DNA of 63,736 bases, filler included, from Candidatus Fermentibacterota bacterium (lineage in GTDB: Bacteria; JAFGKV01): assembly GCA_016928395.1 (NCBI GenBank). It is 10 parts of 10 records of this genome, joined end to end, with 100 filler letters (N's around TTAATTAATTAA, not from the genome) between each part and the next. Parts side by side here need not be neighbours in the genome. Positions count along the whole stretch, not along the records: positions 1 to 9,507 come from JAFGKV010000303.1; positions 9,608 to 24,469 come from JAFGKV010000304.1; 8 more parts are not named here. The stretch is one strand, 5' to 3'. The position numbers and the translations under genes are program-made. Positions 1-10,363 of this stretch are shown piece after piece. The notes below the pieces were generated by a model. That model worked only from the letters and a program-made list of their open reading frames with translations, had not been told where the DNA came from and did no database searches. The first letter of the stretch is position 1. Each line of letters begins with the position of its first letter.

Positions 1-192
1 GTGGAGGCCGCGCTCTTTGCCCAACAGAGCCACGAAATTCCTACCGAAGTGATCGGAGAGCTGGTCATGGAGCGACTCCGCGAGGCCGACCATGTCGCCT
101 ACGTACGCTTCGCCTCGGTCTATCGGGAGTTCAAGGACAGCGTGCAGTTTCTAGACGAATTGCACCGACTCCTGGGCCAGCGGGGGGGCTAG
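1..192 (+). CDS. nrdR: Transcriptional repressor NrdR, C-terminal part (5' truncated by window edge)
   Basis: IGELVMERL...[15 protein letters not shown] is the conserved ATP-cone C-terminus of NrdR. Confidence 0.92.
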   Translation: MEAALFAQQSHEIPTEVIGELVMERLREADHVAYVRFASVYREFKDSVQFLDELHRLLGQRGG

Positions 193-437
193 GCGCGAGA
201 CCCTGCACGGGAACCACGGCACGCACGGCGCCGGGTGCCGCGCATCGTTCTTGATGACCTTGCGGATGAGCCCTCCATAGGTGTACATTTCTCTGTTATT
301 TCAACGGCATTCATCCGCTCTTTCACGACACCCGCCACTCATTCGCATACGGCCAGTGAGCTTTCGTCAGTGTCCCGCGACACTGACCGCGGGCTCAGGC
401 GCACACGGCGGGGCGGTACCATACTTGAGGAGGATTC

Positions 438-3155
438 ATGAATACGAAGCGAGTGTTCTTTTTCGGTGCGGGCGAGGCGGAAGGCTCGGAGCAGATGCGC
501 AATCTCCTAGGGGGCAAGGGGGCAGGCCTGGCCGACATGACGAGGCTTGGGCTTCCCGTCCCTCCCGGTTTCACCATCTCCACGGAAGTATGTACCTACT
601 TCTACGAGCATGGCGAAACATACCCGGGTTCGCTCAGCGAAGAAGTCGATGATGCGCTTCTCCGGGTCGAGAGGATAATGGACCGTCGTTTCGGAGATCC
701 CCAACGGCCACTCCTGGTATCCGTGCGCAGCGGCGCCCGGGCGTCCATGCCCGGCATGATGGACACTGTGCTCAACCTTGGGCTGAATGACGCCACGGTC
801 CAAGGCCTCATCGACATGGGCGGCGAACCGCGGTTCGCCTACGACAGCTACCGCCGTTTCGTGCAGATGTACGGCGATGTGGTATTGGGTCTCAAGCCGG
901 CCTCCAAGAACGAGGAAGACCCCTTTGAGGTCATCATTCAACGGAAGAAAGCCGAAGTCGAAGCCATACAGGACCTGGATCTGTCTACCGACGACCTCAA
1001 GGACCTGGTGGCCCGGTTCAAGGCAGCCATCAAGTCAGAGACTGGCCACAGTTTCCCGGAGGATGCCCGCGAGCAGTTGTGGGGCGCCATCGGTGCGGTG
1101 TTTTGCTCGTGGAATAATGATCGTGCCATCGCGTATAGAAGACTCAATGATATTCCCGTGGAATGGGGCACCGCCGTGAACATCCAGGCTATGGTGTTCG
1201 GCAATATGGGGCCGCGATCCGGAACGGGTGTCGCATTCACTCGAAATCCCGCCACCGGCGAACGCCAACCCTATGGCGAGTATCTCATGAACGCCCAGGG
1301 AGAAGATGTCGTTGCCGGCATCCGGACGCCTCTGCCTCTGAGCGACCTGCAGCATGAGCGACCCGAGGTGTATGACCAGTTGACCTCCACGTTCCAGCGT
1401 TTGGAGCAGCATTACCGCGAGATGCAGGATGTGGAGTTCACCATTCAGGATGACAAGCTGTGGATGCTCCAGACCAGGTCCGGCAAGCGCACGGGATTTG
1501 CGGCGGTGCGTATCGCCGTGGAGATGGCCGAAGAGGGGCTCATCTCCGAGGAAGAGGCAATCCGGCGGGTCAATCCTGAGCAGCTCAATCACTTGCTGCG
1601 GCCAGTCTTCGATCCCGAGGAGAAGCGCCAGGCGGTGGCCGCCGATGGACGACTGCTGGCCAAGGGCCTCAATGCAGGGCCTGGCGCGGCCTGCGGCAAG
1701 GTTGTCTTTCATGCTGTCGACGCGCAGGAGTGGAAGGCCAAGGACCAGAACGTGATTCTGGTCCGCATCGAGACGAGCCCTGAAGACATTCGCGGCATGC
1801 ACGCCGCGGAGGGCATTCTCACCGCCCGGGGAGGCATGACATCCCACGCGGCATTGGTCGCCCGCCAGATGGGCAAAGTATGCGTTGCCGGATGCAGCGC
1901 CTTGCGCATCGACTATGCGCAATCCCTCATGCTGGTAGGGGACCACACCATCAGGCAAGGCGATGTGATCAGCATCGACGGATTCACGGGTGAAGTGATC
2001 CTCGGCGAACTCAAGACCCGCCCCTCCGAGGTCGTTCAGGTGCTGATCGAAGGCTCGTTACCCGCGGACGCGTCGATCATCTACCAGAAGTATGAGAAGC
2101 TCATGTCCTGGGCTGATACGTACCGAAGGCTTCGTATTCGTACCAATGCCGATCAGCCGGACCAGTCCCGCAATGCCCGAGCCTTCGGCGCCGAGGGGAT
2201 CGGACTGTGCCGCACAGAGCATATGTTCTTTGGCGGTCATCGCATCGACGCCATGCGGGAGATGATCCTTGCAGAGGATACACCCGGTCGAGAGCAGGCC
2301 CTTGCCCGGCTCCTGCCCATGCAGCGGGAGGACTTCATAGGCATATTCCGGGCCATGGATGGGTTACCGGTCACGATCAGAACGCTGGATCCGCCGCTCC
2401 ATGAATTCCTCCCCCATGGTGATGCCGGCATCCAAGAACTGGCAGCCAGCATGCAGATTCCGGCCTATCGGCTCAAAGCGAAGGTGGAAGCCCTGAGGGA
2501 GTCCAACCCAATGCTCGGGCACCGCGGGTGCCGCCTGGGGATCTTTTACCCCGAAATCACGGCCATGCAGGCGCGGGCGATTGTGGAGGCAGCCTGTATC
2601 GTTGCCAAGGAAGGCGTTCGAGTAATCCCGGAAATCATGATTCCCGTTGTCTTCGAGCGACGGGAGTTGCAGAACCAGGAGCGGATCGTGCGAAAGGTGG
2701 CGGAAGATGTGTTTGCCGAACAGGGTATTCGGGTTGACTACCTTGTGGGCACGATGATCGAGTTGCCACGAGCTGCCATCACGGCTGATCAGATCGCCAA
2801 GAACGCCGAGTTCTTCTCGTTCGGCACAAACGACCTGACCCAGACGACCCTCGGCATTTCCCGGGATGACGCGGGGAGCTTCCTGCCCTACTATGTAGAG
2901 CATGACATCGTACCCCATGACCCGTTCGAGAGCATCGATAGCGAGGGGGTTGGCGAACTCATGAGGATTGGTGTGGAGCGGGGCCGGAAAACCCGACCGG
3001 AACTCAAAGTCGGCATTTGCGGCGAACATGGTGGTGATCCCGCGACAGTGGAGTTCTGCCACGAAATCGGGCTGGACTATGTGAGCTGTTCACCCTTCCG
3101 CGTGCCCATCGCGCGTCTGGCAGCAGCCAGGGCGGCCTTGGCCTGCCGCGACTGA
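438..3155 (+). CDS. ppdK: Pyruvate, phosphate dikinase
   Basis: [19 protein letters not shown], phospho-His motif [39 protein letters not shown]; 905 aa; GAGGAGG RBS. Confidence 0.98.
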   Translation: MNTKRVFFFGAGEAEGSEQMRNLLGGKGAGLADMTRLGLPVPPGFTISTEVCTYFYEHGETYPGSLSEEVDDALLRVERIMDRRFGDPQRPLLVSVRSGARASMPGMMDTVLNLGLNDATVQGLIDMGGEPRFAYDSYRRFVQMYGDVVLGLKPASKNEEDPFEVIIQRKKAEVEAIQDLDLSTDDLKDLVARFKAAIKSETGHSFPEDAREQLWGAIGAVFCSWNNDRAIAYRRLNDIPVEWGTAVNIQAMVFGNMGPRSGTGVAFTRNPATGERQPYGEYLMNAQGEDVVAGIRTPLPLSDLQHERPEVYDQLTSTFQRLEQHYREMQDVEFTIQDDKLWMLQTRSGKRTGFAAVRIAVEMAEEGLISEEEAIRRVNPEQLNHLLRPVFDPEEKRQAVAADGRLLAKGLNAGPGAACGKVVFHAVDAQEWKAKDQNVILVRIETSPEDIRGMHAAEGILTARGGMTSHAALVARQMGKVCVAGCSALRIDYAQSLMLVGDHTIRQGDVISIDGFTGEVILGELKTRPSEVVQVLIEGSLPADASIIYQKYEKLMSWADTYRRLRIRTNADQPDQSRNARAFGAEGIGLCRTEHMFFGGHRIDAMREMILAEDTPGREQALARLLPMQREDFIGIFRAMDGLPVTIRTLDPPLHEFLPHGDAGIQELAASMQIPAYRLKAKVEALRESNPMLGHRGCRLGIFYPEITAMQARAIVEAACIVAKEGVRVIPEIMIPVVFERRELQNQERIVRKVAEDVFAEQGIRVDYLVGTMIELPRAAITADQIAKNAEFFSFGTNDLTQTTLGISRDDAGSFLPYYVEHDIVPHDPFESIDSEGVGELMRIGVERGRKTRPELKVGICGEHGGDPATVEFCHEIGLDYVSCSPFRVPIARLAAARAALACRD

Positions 3156-3161
3156 TTCCCC

Positions 3162-5012
3162 ATGCTCCATGTCGTTCGTACCGCGGGCCAGGGTGGCGTC
3201 GCTCTGGCGTACCCGGAGATTGACCCACGCACCGGTGAGCTGGTACACTTCGTGGCGGTCACGGCCCAGGGATTCCATGCCCGGGAGGTTGCCTCCGAGA
3301 CGGTGGCCCGGCTGCTGGTTTCCGTGGCGGATCCGGCGGCCTGGCATGACGGTCCTGCCGCCATGGTCCGCCACGCCCTTGCCTCGGTCGAACCGATGAC
3401 GGTGCACGGAGGTGTCGCGGTCTCTACGGCGGTTGCCATCAGGAAAGGTCATTCCGTGGAGGTTGCCTTCTCGGGCGACCTCCAGATTCGGTTGGCTTCC
3501 GCCGGTGATTCCCGATGGCACGTGCCGGGCGTCAAGCACGGTGACCCGGTGACCGCGGTCACGTACACGCCTCGTCGGGGAGACATGCTGGTAATCGTGA
3601 CGTTGGGTATCCTTGAGGAGATACCGCCCCAGGAGCTTCTGTCCACGGTGTTGTCGTCCGAGCATGAAGGCGGCGCCGCGTTGGTCGAGGCCCACGTCTC
3701 CTCCAGCCGCCTTCCCCATGTGTTCTGTGCGACCCGCTACGGCGGCCCCGCGCTTCCGAAGATGCCCATTCCTGTCCAGGCGACCCGGCGAAAGGTGCGC
3801 TGGAGTGTGGTGGGTCCGGCGGCCCTTGTCCTGGCTGCGCTGGGCATCGCCGGTGCCGTATGGAAACCCTGGACCCGTGCCCAACCCCAACGCCAGGCGC
3901 CACGGGTCACGGCCCCGCGACCACCGGCGCCTTTGCCCCGCATGCCCGATACGGCTCTTGCCTCGGAGGAGGCTGTGGCTTCGGCAGACACTTTGGGGGA
4001 AGTCGTTGCTGCCGACACTGTCGAGGAGGCCATGGCCATGCCCTCCTCGACGCCAGGCGAGCTTGTCTGGAAGCAGCGGATCGGCGGATCGAATTTCTCA
4101 TCGTCACCGGCATTGGCGGGGATGAAGGTCTACGTGGGAAGCAAGGACGGCCATCTCTACTGCCTCTTGTCGTCCAGCGGCGAGGTGCTGTGGAAATTCA
4201 AGACCGGAGGCGGCATCGGTTCATCTCCCGCGGTTGACGGCGCCAGCGTGTATTTCGGCAGCTATGACAGCACCTTCTACTGCGTGGACCGTCATGCCGG
4301 CCGGGAGATCTGGAGCGCACGGGTCGGCGCCAGCATTGGCGCCAGCCCTTTGGTGCATGAGGGTGCGGTGTACTGCGGATGCAAAGACGGCAGGGTATAC
4401 GCGTGGGACGGGCATTCGGGTCTGCCCCGGTGGCAACTCGAGACCAAGGCCGAGGTGTGGGCGCGGCCTCTGGCGGTCGGCTCCCATCTCTTCATCGGGA
4501 GCCTCGATCGACGATTCTACTGCGTAGATGCCGAAACGGGCATGGTGGTCTGGTCCATCGAAGTCGCGGGGGCAGTCTACACATCGGCAGCCGCCGGGCC
4601 GGAGAATACTGTCATATTCGCCGCCAATGATGGCACTGTGTACCAGGTACACCAGCGGGACGGCGCCGTAGTCTGGACCGGCACGTTCCAGCCGATCTAC
4701 TCATCTCCCCTGGTGGCCAATGGCATGCTGTTCTTCGGCTGTACCGATGGAGACGTTCACTGTGTCTCCCTGAAGGAGCACCGAGAGGTCTGGAAGTACA
4801 CCACAGGCGCGGCTGTGAGATCATCGCCCACCCTGGCCGCCGGCACGCTTCTGGTCGGAAGCTATGACGGGAGGCTGTATGCCTTTGCGGTCAGCGGGAA
4901 ACGCAAGTGGGCCCACGACACTGAGTCTCGCATCTATTCCACGCCCGCCATCGGAGCACAAAGGGCGTACTTCGGCGACATGACCGGATGGTTCCGCTGT
5001 GTGGGAATGTGA
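3162..5012 (+). CDS. Membrane protein: degenerate PP2C-like N-terminal domain, one TM helix, Pro/Ala linker, C-terminal PQQ/BamB-like beta-propeller
   Basis: Repeated SSP-x-V...VY-x-GS-x-DG-x-LY...G-x-x-x-W propeller blades; TM VVGPAALVLAALGIAGAVW; N-terminus resembles PP2C motifs without the catalytic Asp residues. Confidence 0.8.
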   Translation: MLHVVRTAGQGGVALAYPEIDPRTGELVHFVAVTAQGFHAREVASETVARLLVSVADPAAWHDGPAAMVRHALASVEPMTVHGGVAVSTAVAIRKGHSVEVAFSGDLQIRLASAGDSRWHVPGVKHGDPVTAVTYTPRRGDMLVIVTLGILEEIPPQELLSTVLSSEHEGGAALVEAHVSSSRLPHVFCATRYGGPALPKMPIPVQATRRKVRWSVVGPAALVLAALGIAGAVWKPWTRAQPQRQAPRVTAPRPPAPLPRMPDTALASEEAVASADTLGEVVAADTVEEAMAMPSSTPGELVWKQRIGGSNFSSSPALAGMKVYVGSKDGHLYCLLSSSGEVLWKFKTGGGIGSSPAVDGASVYFGSYDSTFYCVDRHAGREIWSARVGASIGASPLVHEGAVYCGCKDGRVYAWDGHSGLPRWQLETKAEVWARPLAVGSHLFIGSLDRRFYCVDAETGMVVWSIEVAGAVYTSAAAGPENTVIFAANDGTVYQVHQRDGAVVWTGTFQPIYSSPLVANGMLFFGCTDGDVHCVSLKEHREVWKYTTGAAVRSSPTLAAGTLLVGSYDGRLYAFAVSGKRKWAHDTESRIYSTPAIGAQRAYFGDMTGWFRCVGM

Positions 5013-5120
5013 CCATGATGTGTGCGGCGTGGGCCCTACGCGGGGCCATGGAGGGCCGCGGCGCATCCGAATGGCCCCGATTCACCGACTCCCGGGAACC
5101 TCTGGACGGAGGGAGGTTTC

Positions 5121-5486
5121 ATGCCCTTGTATGAGTATGCATGCCGACGTTGCGGCAAGGTGAACACCTTCCTGATCGGCGTAAGTGTGCACAAGACGCC
5201 GCTGCGCTGCACCCGATGCGGTGGAGAGGATCTCGACCGGCTGATGTCTCGGGTGCATCATCTTCTCGGTGAGGAGGACAGGATGGAGCGGATGCTCGAC
5301 CCGGGTTCTCTCGCGGGAATTGATGAAAACGACCCCAAGAGCGTCGCCCGGTGGGCCCGGAAGATGGGACAGAGCTTGGGTGACGATGCCGGCGAGGATT
5401 TCGATGGCCTGGTGGATGAAATGGAGGACGCCGCGTCCCGTGAGATGGCCGGTGAGGAGCCCGCAGACGGCGACGGCTTTGATTAG
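5121..5486 (+). CDS. FmdB-family zinc-ribbon protein with acidic tail
   Basis: MPLYEYACRRCG...CTRCGG...RLMS; GGAGG RBS before ATG 5121 (ORF-track start 5022 is too far upstream). Confidence 0.85.
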   Translation: MPLYEYACRRCGKVNTFLIGVSVHKTPLRCTRCGGEDLDRLMSRVHHLLGEEDRMERMLDPGSLAGIDENDPKSVARWARKMGQSLGDDAGEDFDGLVDEMEDAASREMAGEEPADGDGFD

Positions 5487-5716
5487 AGTTCTGGCCGAGG
5501 GGTGGGTCGACGGATCTGGACGGCGCGCGGGCAGCATCCGTGTCGCTGGGAAGGCGCCTTGTGTGATATCGAACCTGGACGAGGCCTACCGGGGCGGGAC
5601 ACGTCGGATGGCACACACGAATCATTTCGGCCGGCACTACTCGCGGCCTGCTCTCTGTGTGTGCTCCGCCGCCCTGACGGAACGAACCTTCGCCGCTCGA
5701 TGAAGGAGATTCTCCC

Positions 5717-8700
5717 ATGTTGACGCGTTTGCTCACCACCGTGTTCGGGTCAAAGCAGGAACGTGATGTGAAGCGCCTGCGTCCCGTGGTCGGCACGATC
5801 AATGCGGTGTTCGAGAGCCTGCGGGACCTCTCCGACGAGCGCTTGATTCAGCAGACCGAAGAGTGGCGCGCCTATCTACGAGACAATCCTGATCGAGAGC
5901 TGGAGATCTTGGAGGAGATTCTGCCCGAAGCCTATGCCTTCGTCAAAGAGGCATGCCGGAGACTCGTGGGGAAGAGCTGGGAAGTCACCGATGTCCCCAT
6001 CACGTGGGACATGATCCCCTTCGATGTGCAGCTCATCGGCGCCTTGGTGCTGCACGAGGGCAAGGTCGCCGAGATGGCCACCGGCGAAGGGAAGACTCTT
6101 GTCGCTACCCTGCCCCTCTACCTCAATGCCTTGGTAGGCAAGGGTGTGCACTTGGTGACGGTGAATGATTACCTGGCCCGCCGCGACTCGGAGTGGATGG
6201 GCAAGGTGTACGAAACCCTGGGGCTCTCCGTTGGCTGCATCCAGCATGACATGATGCCCGAACAGAGAAAGCCGCAGTACGACGCAGACATCACCTACGG
6301 TACGAACAACGAGTTCGGCTTCGACTATCTCCGCGACAATATGGCCGTCCGCGCAGAGGATCGCGTGCAAAGGGGGCACTACTTCGCCATCGTGGATGAG
6401 GTCGACTCCGTTCTCATCGACGAAGCGCGTACCCCCTTGATCATCTCCGGACCTGTGTCCCATTCCCTCCACCGCTTCCAGGAATGGAAAATGCCCGTGG
6501 AACGCCTCATGCGTGCCCAGACCGCTCTGGTGAACGATCTCCTGGGGGAGGCCCTGCGACTCAAAGCCGACGGCAAAGAGTATGACTTCGGCACGCGGTT
6601 GCTGCAGGTGCGGCGGGGCGCGCCGAAGAACACCCGCTTCCTCAAGGTCATTCAGGAGCAGGGCATTCAGAAGCTGATCAGCCGCGTCGAGGCGGACTAC
6701 ATGCGCGACAAGCGGCTGGGTGAACTCGATGAGGAGTTGTTCTTCGCCATCGACGAGAAGAGCCACGCGGTGGATCTCACCGACAAGGGTAGAGACTACT
6801 TCTCCCCGACGGACCGTAACCTCTTCGTCCTGCCCGACTTAAGCGAGCAGTTGCAGACCGTCGATACCGATCCGGGCCTTTCTCCCGGCGAGCGGGCCGA
6901 GAGAAAGCAGCAGGTGATGCGTGACTATGCGGTGATCAATGAACGCATCCACAACATCACGCAGCTCCTCAAGGCCTACAGCCTCTTCGAACGCGATGTG
7001 GAGTATGTCGTGCAGGAGGGCAAGGTACTCATAGTTGACGAGTTCACCGGCCGCCTCATGCCCGGCCGCCGCTACTCGGACGGGCTGCACTCCGCACTGG
7101 AGGCCAAAGAGGGGGTACGAATCGAGCAGGAGACGCAGACCCTGGCCTCTATCACCCTTCAGAACTACTTCAGGCTCTACAAGAAGCTAGCCGGCATGAC
7201 GGGTACTGCCGAGACCGAGGCCCCCGAGTTTCACGAGATCTACAAACTCGACGTCGTGGTCATCCCGACCAATGAGCCCGTGCGCCGGCCCGACTACGAC
7301 GATGTCGTGTTCAGGACCCGGCGCGAGAAGTATGCTGCCGTGATCGACGAAATCGTTCGGCAGCATGAGCGAGGCAGGCCGGTGCTGGTGGGCACGGTGA
7401 GCGTGGAGGTGTCGGAGACACTCAGCCGACTGCTGAAGCGCCAAGGAATCAGACACTCGGTCCTGAACGCCAAGTACCATCAGCAGGAAGCACAGATTAT
7501 CTCCCAGGCCGGGCAACCCGGCGCGGTGACCATTGCCACCAACATGGCTGGCCGTGGTACCGACATCAAGCTGGGACCGGGTGTTGTCAGGTGCCGCCGT
7601 TGCTCGATCAGCCCGCTTTCGTCGTGGGGAGATGACCATGGCGATGGAATCCCCCAAGGCTCAAGCGTAGAGGAATGCCGGCACGACATGCCCTGCGGCC
7701 TTCATATTCTGGGGACCGAACGACACGAAGCTCGCCGGATCGACAGGCAACTCCGCGGACGAAGCGGCCGCCAGGGCGATCCTGGGTCATCCCGTTTCTT
7801 CCTCTCGTTGGAGGATGATCTCATGCGACTGTTCGGCTCGGACCGGGTGGCCTCCATCATGGACCGGATGGGCGCCAAGGAAGGCGAGGCAATTGAGCAC
7901 GGCTTGGTGACCCGGGCAATCCAGACCGCGCAGAAACGGGTCGAAGCCAACAACTTCGATATCCGCAAGCATCTCCTGGAGTATGACAATGTCATGAACC
8001 AGCAGCGGGAGGTCATCTACGCCCGCAGGGCCGCGGCCTTGGAGGGAGGCGACCTAAGAGCCGTCTTCCTCGAGCTCATCGAACGACTGACCGGCAGGGT
8101 CGTGGATCAGCACTGCCCAGAGGAAGCATACCCCTCAGACTGGAATCTCGGTGGCCTTCGCACTGACCTGGCACGGTTTTTCCTGGTGGACCTGGGCATG
8201 AGCGACGCCGAACTCCGCGAGCTGGGCCGCTCCGCTTTGGTGGAACTGCTGCATGAGACAACGTGCGACGCGTACGGCCGCAGGGAAGAGCACCTGGGCG
8301 CACCCACACTGCGCACGTTGGAGAAGCTCATCACTCTTCGGGTCATCGATGAGCACTGGCGTGATCATTTGTACGAACTGGACCAGCTCAAGTCCGGCGT
8401 TGGCCTGCGGGCGTATGGCCAGAAGGATCCTCTGCTCGAGTACAAGCACGACGCATTTGAGATGTTCGTGGAACTCCTGGATGAGATCGATCAACAGACC
8501 GTAGAGGCCGCATTCAGGGCGGAGCTTGTGCCTTCCGCACCGATGCCCGAGCGGCGTCCCCCCCGGATGTTCGCGCATCATCCTTCCGTGGACGGCTCCC
8601 AGACCCCCGCTGGAGTATCGCAGGTGGTCAAGAAGGAGAGGGTCGGCCGCAACGACCCCTGTCCGTGTGGAAGCGGCAAGAAGTATAAGCGCTGTTGTGG

Positions 8701-8722
8701 CCAGAGGGAGGGAACGTCATGA
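5717..8722 (+). CDS. secA: Preprotein translocase ATPase SecA
   Basis: AEMATGEGKT, DEVDSVLIDEARTPLIISG, ATNMAGRGTDIKL, RIDRQLRGRSGRQGDPG, C-terminal SEC-C motif CPCGSGKKYKRCC. Confidence 0.98.
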   Translation: MLTRLLTTVFGSKQERDVKRLRPVVGTINAVFESLRDLSDERLIQQTEEWRAYLRDNPDRELEILEEILPEAYAFVKEACRRLVGKSWEVTDVPITWDMIPFDVQLIGALVLHEGKVAEMATGEGKTLVATLPLYLNALVGKGVHLVTVNDYLARRDSEWMGKVYETLGLSVGCIQHDMMPEQRKPQYDADITYGTNNEFGFDYLRDNMAVRAEDRVQRGHYFAIVDEVDSVLIDEARTPLIISGPVSHSLHRFQEWKMPVERLMRAQTALVNDLLGEALRLKADGKEYDFGTRLLQVRRGAPKNTRFLKVIQEQGIQKLISRVEADYMRDKRLGELDEELFFAIDEKSHAVDLTDKGRDYFSPTDRNLFVLPDLSEQLQTVDTDPGLSPGERAERKQQVMRDYAVINERIHNITQLLKAYSLFERDVEYVVQEGKVLIVDEFTGRLMPGRRYSDGLHSALEAKEGVRIEQETQTLASITLQNYFRLYKKLAGMTGTAETEAPEFHEIYKLDVVVIPTNEPVRRPDYDDVVFRTRREKYAAVIDEIVRQHERGRPVLVGTVSVEVSETLSRLLKRQGIRHSVLNAKYHQQEAQIISQAGQPGAVTIATNMAGRGTDIKLGPGVVRCRRCSISPLSSWGDDHGDGIPQGSSVEECRHDMPCGLHILGTERHEARRIDRQLRGRSGRQGDPGSSRFFLSLEDDLMRLFGSDRVASIMDRMGAKEGEAIEHGLVTRAIQTAQKRVEANNFDIRKHLLEYDNVMNQQREVIYARRAAALEGGDLRAVFLELIERLTGRVVDQHCPEEAYPSDWNLGGLRTDLARFFLVDLGMSDAELRELGRSALVELLHETTCDAYGRREEHLGAPTLRTLEKLITLRVIDEHWRDHLYELDQLKSGVGLRAYGQKDPLLEYKHDAFEMFVELLDEIDQQTVEAAFRAELVPSAPMPERRPPRMFAHHPSVDGSQTPAGVSQVVKKERVGRNDPCPCGSGKKYKRCCGQREGTS

Positions 8723-9507
8723 GATCCGCATGGTGGGGACGCGTGGTGATGCTCGGCATGGTGGCTGCGGCATGCTCCTCGGGCCGACGAATTCAGCCTG
8801 TGCCGTCTCGCGACCCCCCCGACAGCCTTGCCCAGGCAGTGAATCTGCGGGCCCAGGGTAGGCACGACGCCGCGATCCAGGAAATCGAACGGGTTCTCAC
8901 TGCGCCCGCATCGCCTTCTCTCATGGCTGAGGCTCAGTGGGAGCTCTATGTCACCCACCGTGCTGAGGAACGCGTGGAACAAGCCCTGGAGGCCTTGGTC
9001 GCCTGTGCCGCCACAGGGTCGGCCTCACCGTGGATCTCTCAGCAGCTTCGATCCCACATTGGCCCTGCGACGGTCGCCGCGGTGGATGGTGGCGTGGGGT
9101 GGGTGAGGGTTCAGAGGATGATCGAGCCGTTAGACGGGTCTCCCCTACTGCTGGATATTGGGTCCTCACTGGTGGACGCGGGGCATTGCCGGGCAGCGTC
9201 CACGGCGATCTCGCGGCTTGAGAGCGCCGTCGATCCCGCCCGGGCGTCCCAGCACCGAGATCTCCTCCGCAGGGTGTCGCGGTGTCTTGAGGAGCGCGGG
9301 AAAACCCTTGCTTTGGTCGTGCCCATGTCCGGTGAATACGCCGAGTATGGCCGTAGTCTGCACCGTGGCGCGACCCTGGCCGTCACCGACACCATGGTGC
9401 TTGCCCTCCGGGTCGAGGATTCCAGATCGGATCCTGTCGATGCGGTCCGGGCAGTCGAACGCCTGGCGTCCATGCCGGATGTCATTGCCGTTATCGGCCC
9501 GCTCCAA
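8719..9507 (+). CDS. Lipoprotein with helical N-domain and periplasmic-binding-protein type 1 domain (LppC/LpoA-like), truncated by gap
   Basis: Lipobox-like VAAAC; ATG overlaps secA stop (ATGA); LALVVPMSGEYAEYG...VIAVIGPL typical of LppC/branched-chain SBP fold. Confidence 0.7.
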
Positions 9508-9607
9508 NNNNNNNNNNNNNNNNNNNNNNNNNNNNNNNNNNNNNNNNNNNNTTAATTAATTAANNNNNNNNNNNNNNNNNNNNNNNNNNNNNNNNNNNNN
9601 NNNNNNN
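9508..9607. other. Artificial contig-joining spacer; identical spacers at 24470-24569, 38541-38640, 42371-42470, 45124-45223, 47878-47977, 51267-51366, 55031-55130, 59888-59987
   Basis: Nine 100-bp blocks of N flanking the six-frame-stop linker TTAATTAATTAA. Confidence 0.99.
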
Positions 9608-9682
9608 CTAATCCCTCCATGCTCGACTCCCTGCGCTGTTTTTCCCACGTGCCAAATCCTTGAATACGACCGGCAGACATGC

Positions 9683-9708
9683 AAAAAGCCCCTCACGAGG
9701 AGGGGCTT
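9683..9708 (-). terminator. Intrinsic terminator of the ribosomal protein operon
   Basis: Minus strand AAGCCCCT-cctcgtg-AGGGGCTT-TTT, about 25 nt after the last ORF of the operon. Confidence 0.8.
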
Positions 9709-9734
9709 CACGACGGGTGGCACAGCGCCTGCCG

Positions 9735-9956
9735 CTAGGACCGAGCCTTCCTGGCTGCCGTTATCATGGCAACAACCACACCCAGGAGAAAGGGCACAAA
9801 CACGAGAATGGCGCCGGGAAGAGAGAACTCAAAGAACAGAAAATGAACCGGCAACGGCTCGATGTTCTGGACGACGACGACGACCAGAAGCAGGAGCAGA
9901 ACTGCGACGGTTCCCGTCTTCCAGAGGCTGAGACCGCCCGCCTGTCTCTCGGTCAT
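9735..9956 (-). CDS. Small two-TM LapA/DUF1049-family membrane protein
   Basis: Hydrophobic helix-QN-x-x-P-V-x-V-x-FL-F...LP...second helix with FLLGVV; ATG overlaps rplQ stop. Confidence 0.75.
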   Translation of the reverse strand: MTERQAGGLSLWKTGTVAVLLLLLVVVVVQNIEPLPVHFLFFEFSLPGAILVFVPFLLGVVVAMITAARKARS

Positions 9957-10351
9957 GCGGTCTTCGTCGCTCCCTCTGTCTTGGTCGCGGGGCCCTTCTT
10001 CTCCACCAGTTCTAGAATTGCCATCTGGGCACCATCGCCGGTGCGAGTACCAAGTCGTATCACGCGGGTGTAGCCACCCGGCCTGCTGACGAACCGTGGC
10101 CCGATTTGGGAGAACACCTGCCTGATAAGCTCGCGATCCTGAATGTCCCGACCGAAGATCCGCCGCGCGTGCACCGTATCATTGCGAGAGAGCGAGATGA
10201 GATGCTCGACGTACGGACGCATCTCCTTCGCCTTGGCCAAGGTCGTTGTGATTCGCTCGTGCCGGAACAACGCCTCCGCCAAATGCCGCTTGAGTGCGCG
10301 CCGATGCGCCGCGGTGCGCCCAAGCTTCCTACCAGTCTTCCTGTGCCTCAT
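9953..10351 (-). CDS. rplQ: 50S ribosomal protein L17
   Basis: MRHRKTGRKLGRTAAHR, ITTTLAKAKE, RPGGYTRVI. Confidence 0.97.
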   Translation of the reverse strand: MRHRKTGRKLGRTAAHRRALKRHLAEALFRHERITTTLAKAKEMRPYVEHLISLSRNDTVHARRIFGRDIQDRELIRQVFSQIGPRFVSRPGGYTRVIRLGTRTGDGAQMAILELVEKKGPATKTEGATKTA

Positions 10352-10363
10352 GTCCGTTCCTCT

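Noticed and set aside
9508-9607. Recurring TTAATTAATTAA palindrome
   Set aside because: Artificial six-frame-stop linker inside N-runs, repeated identically nine times; not biological.
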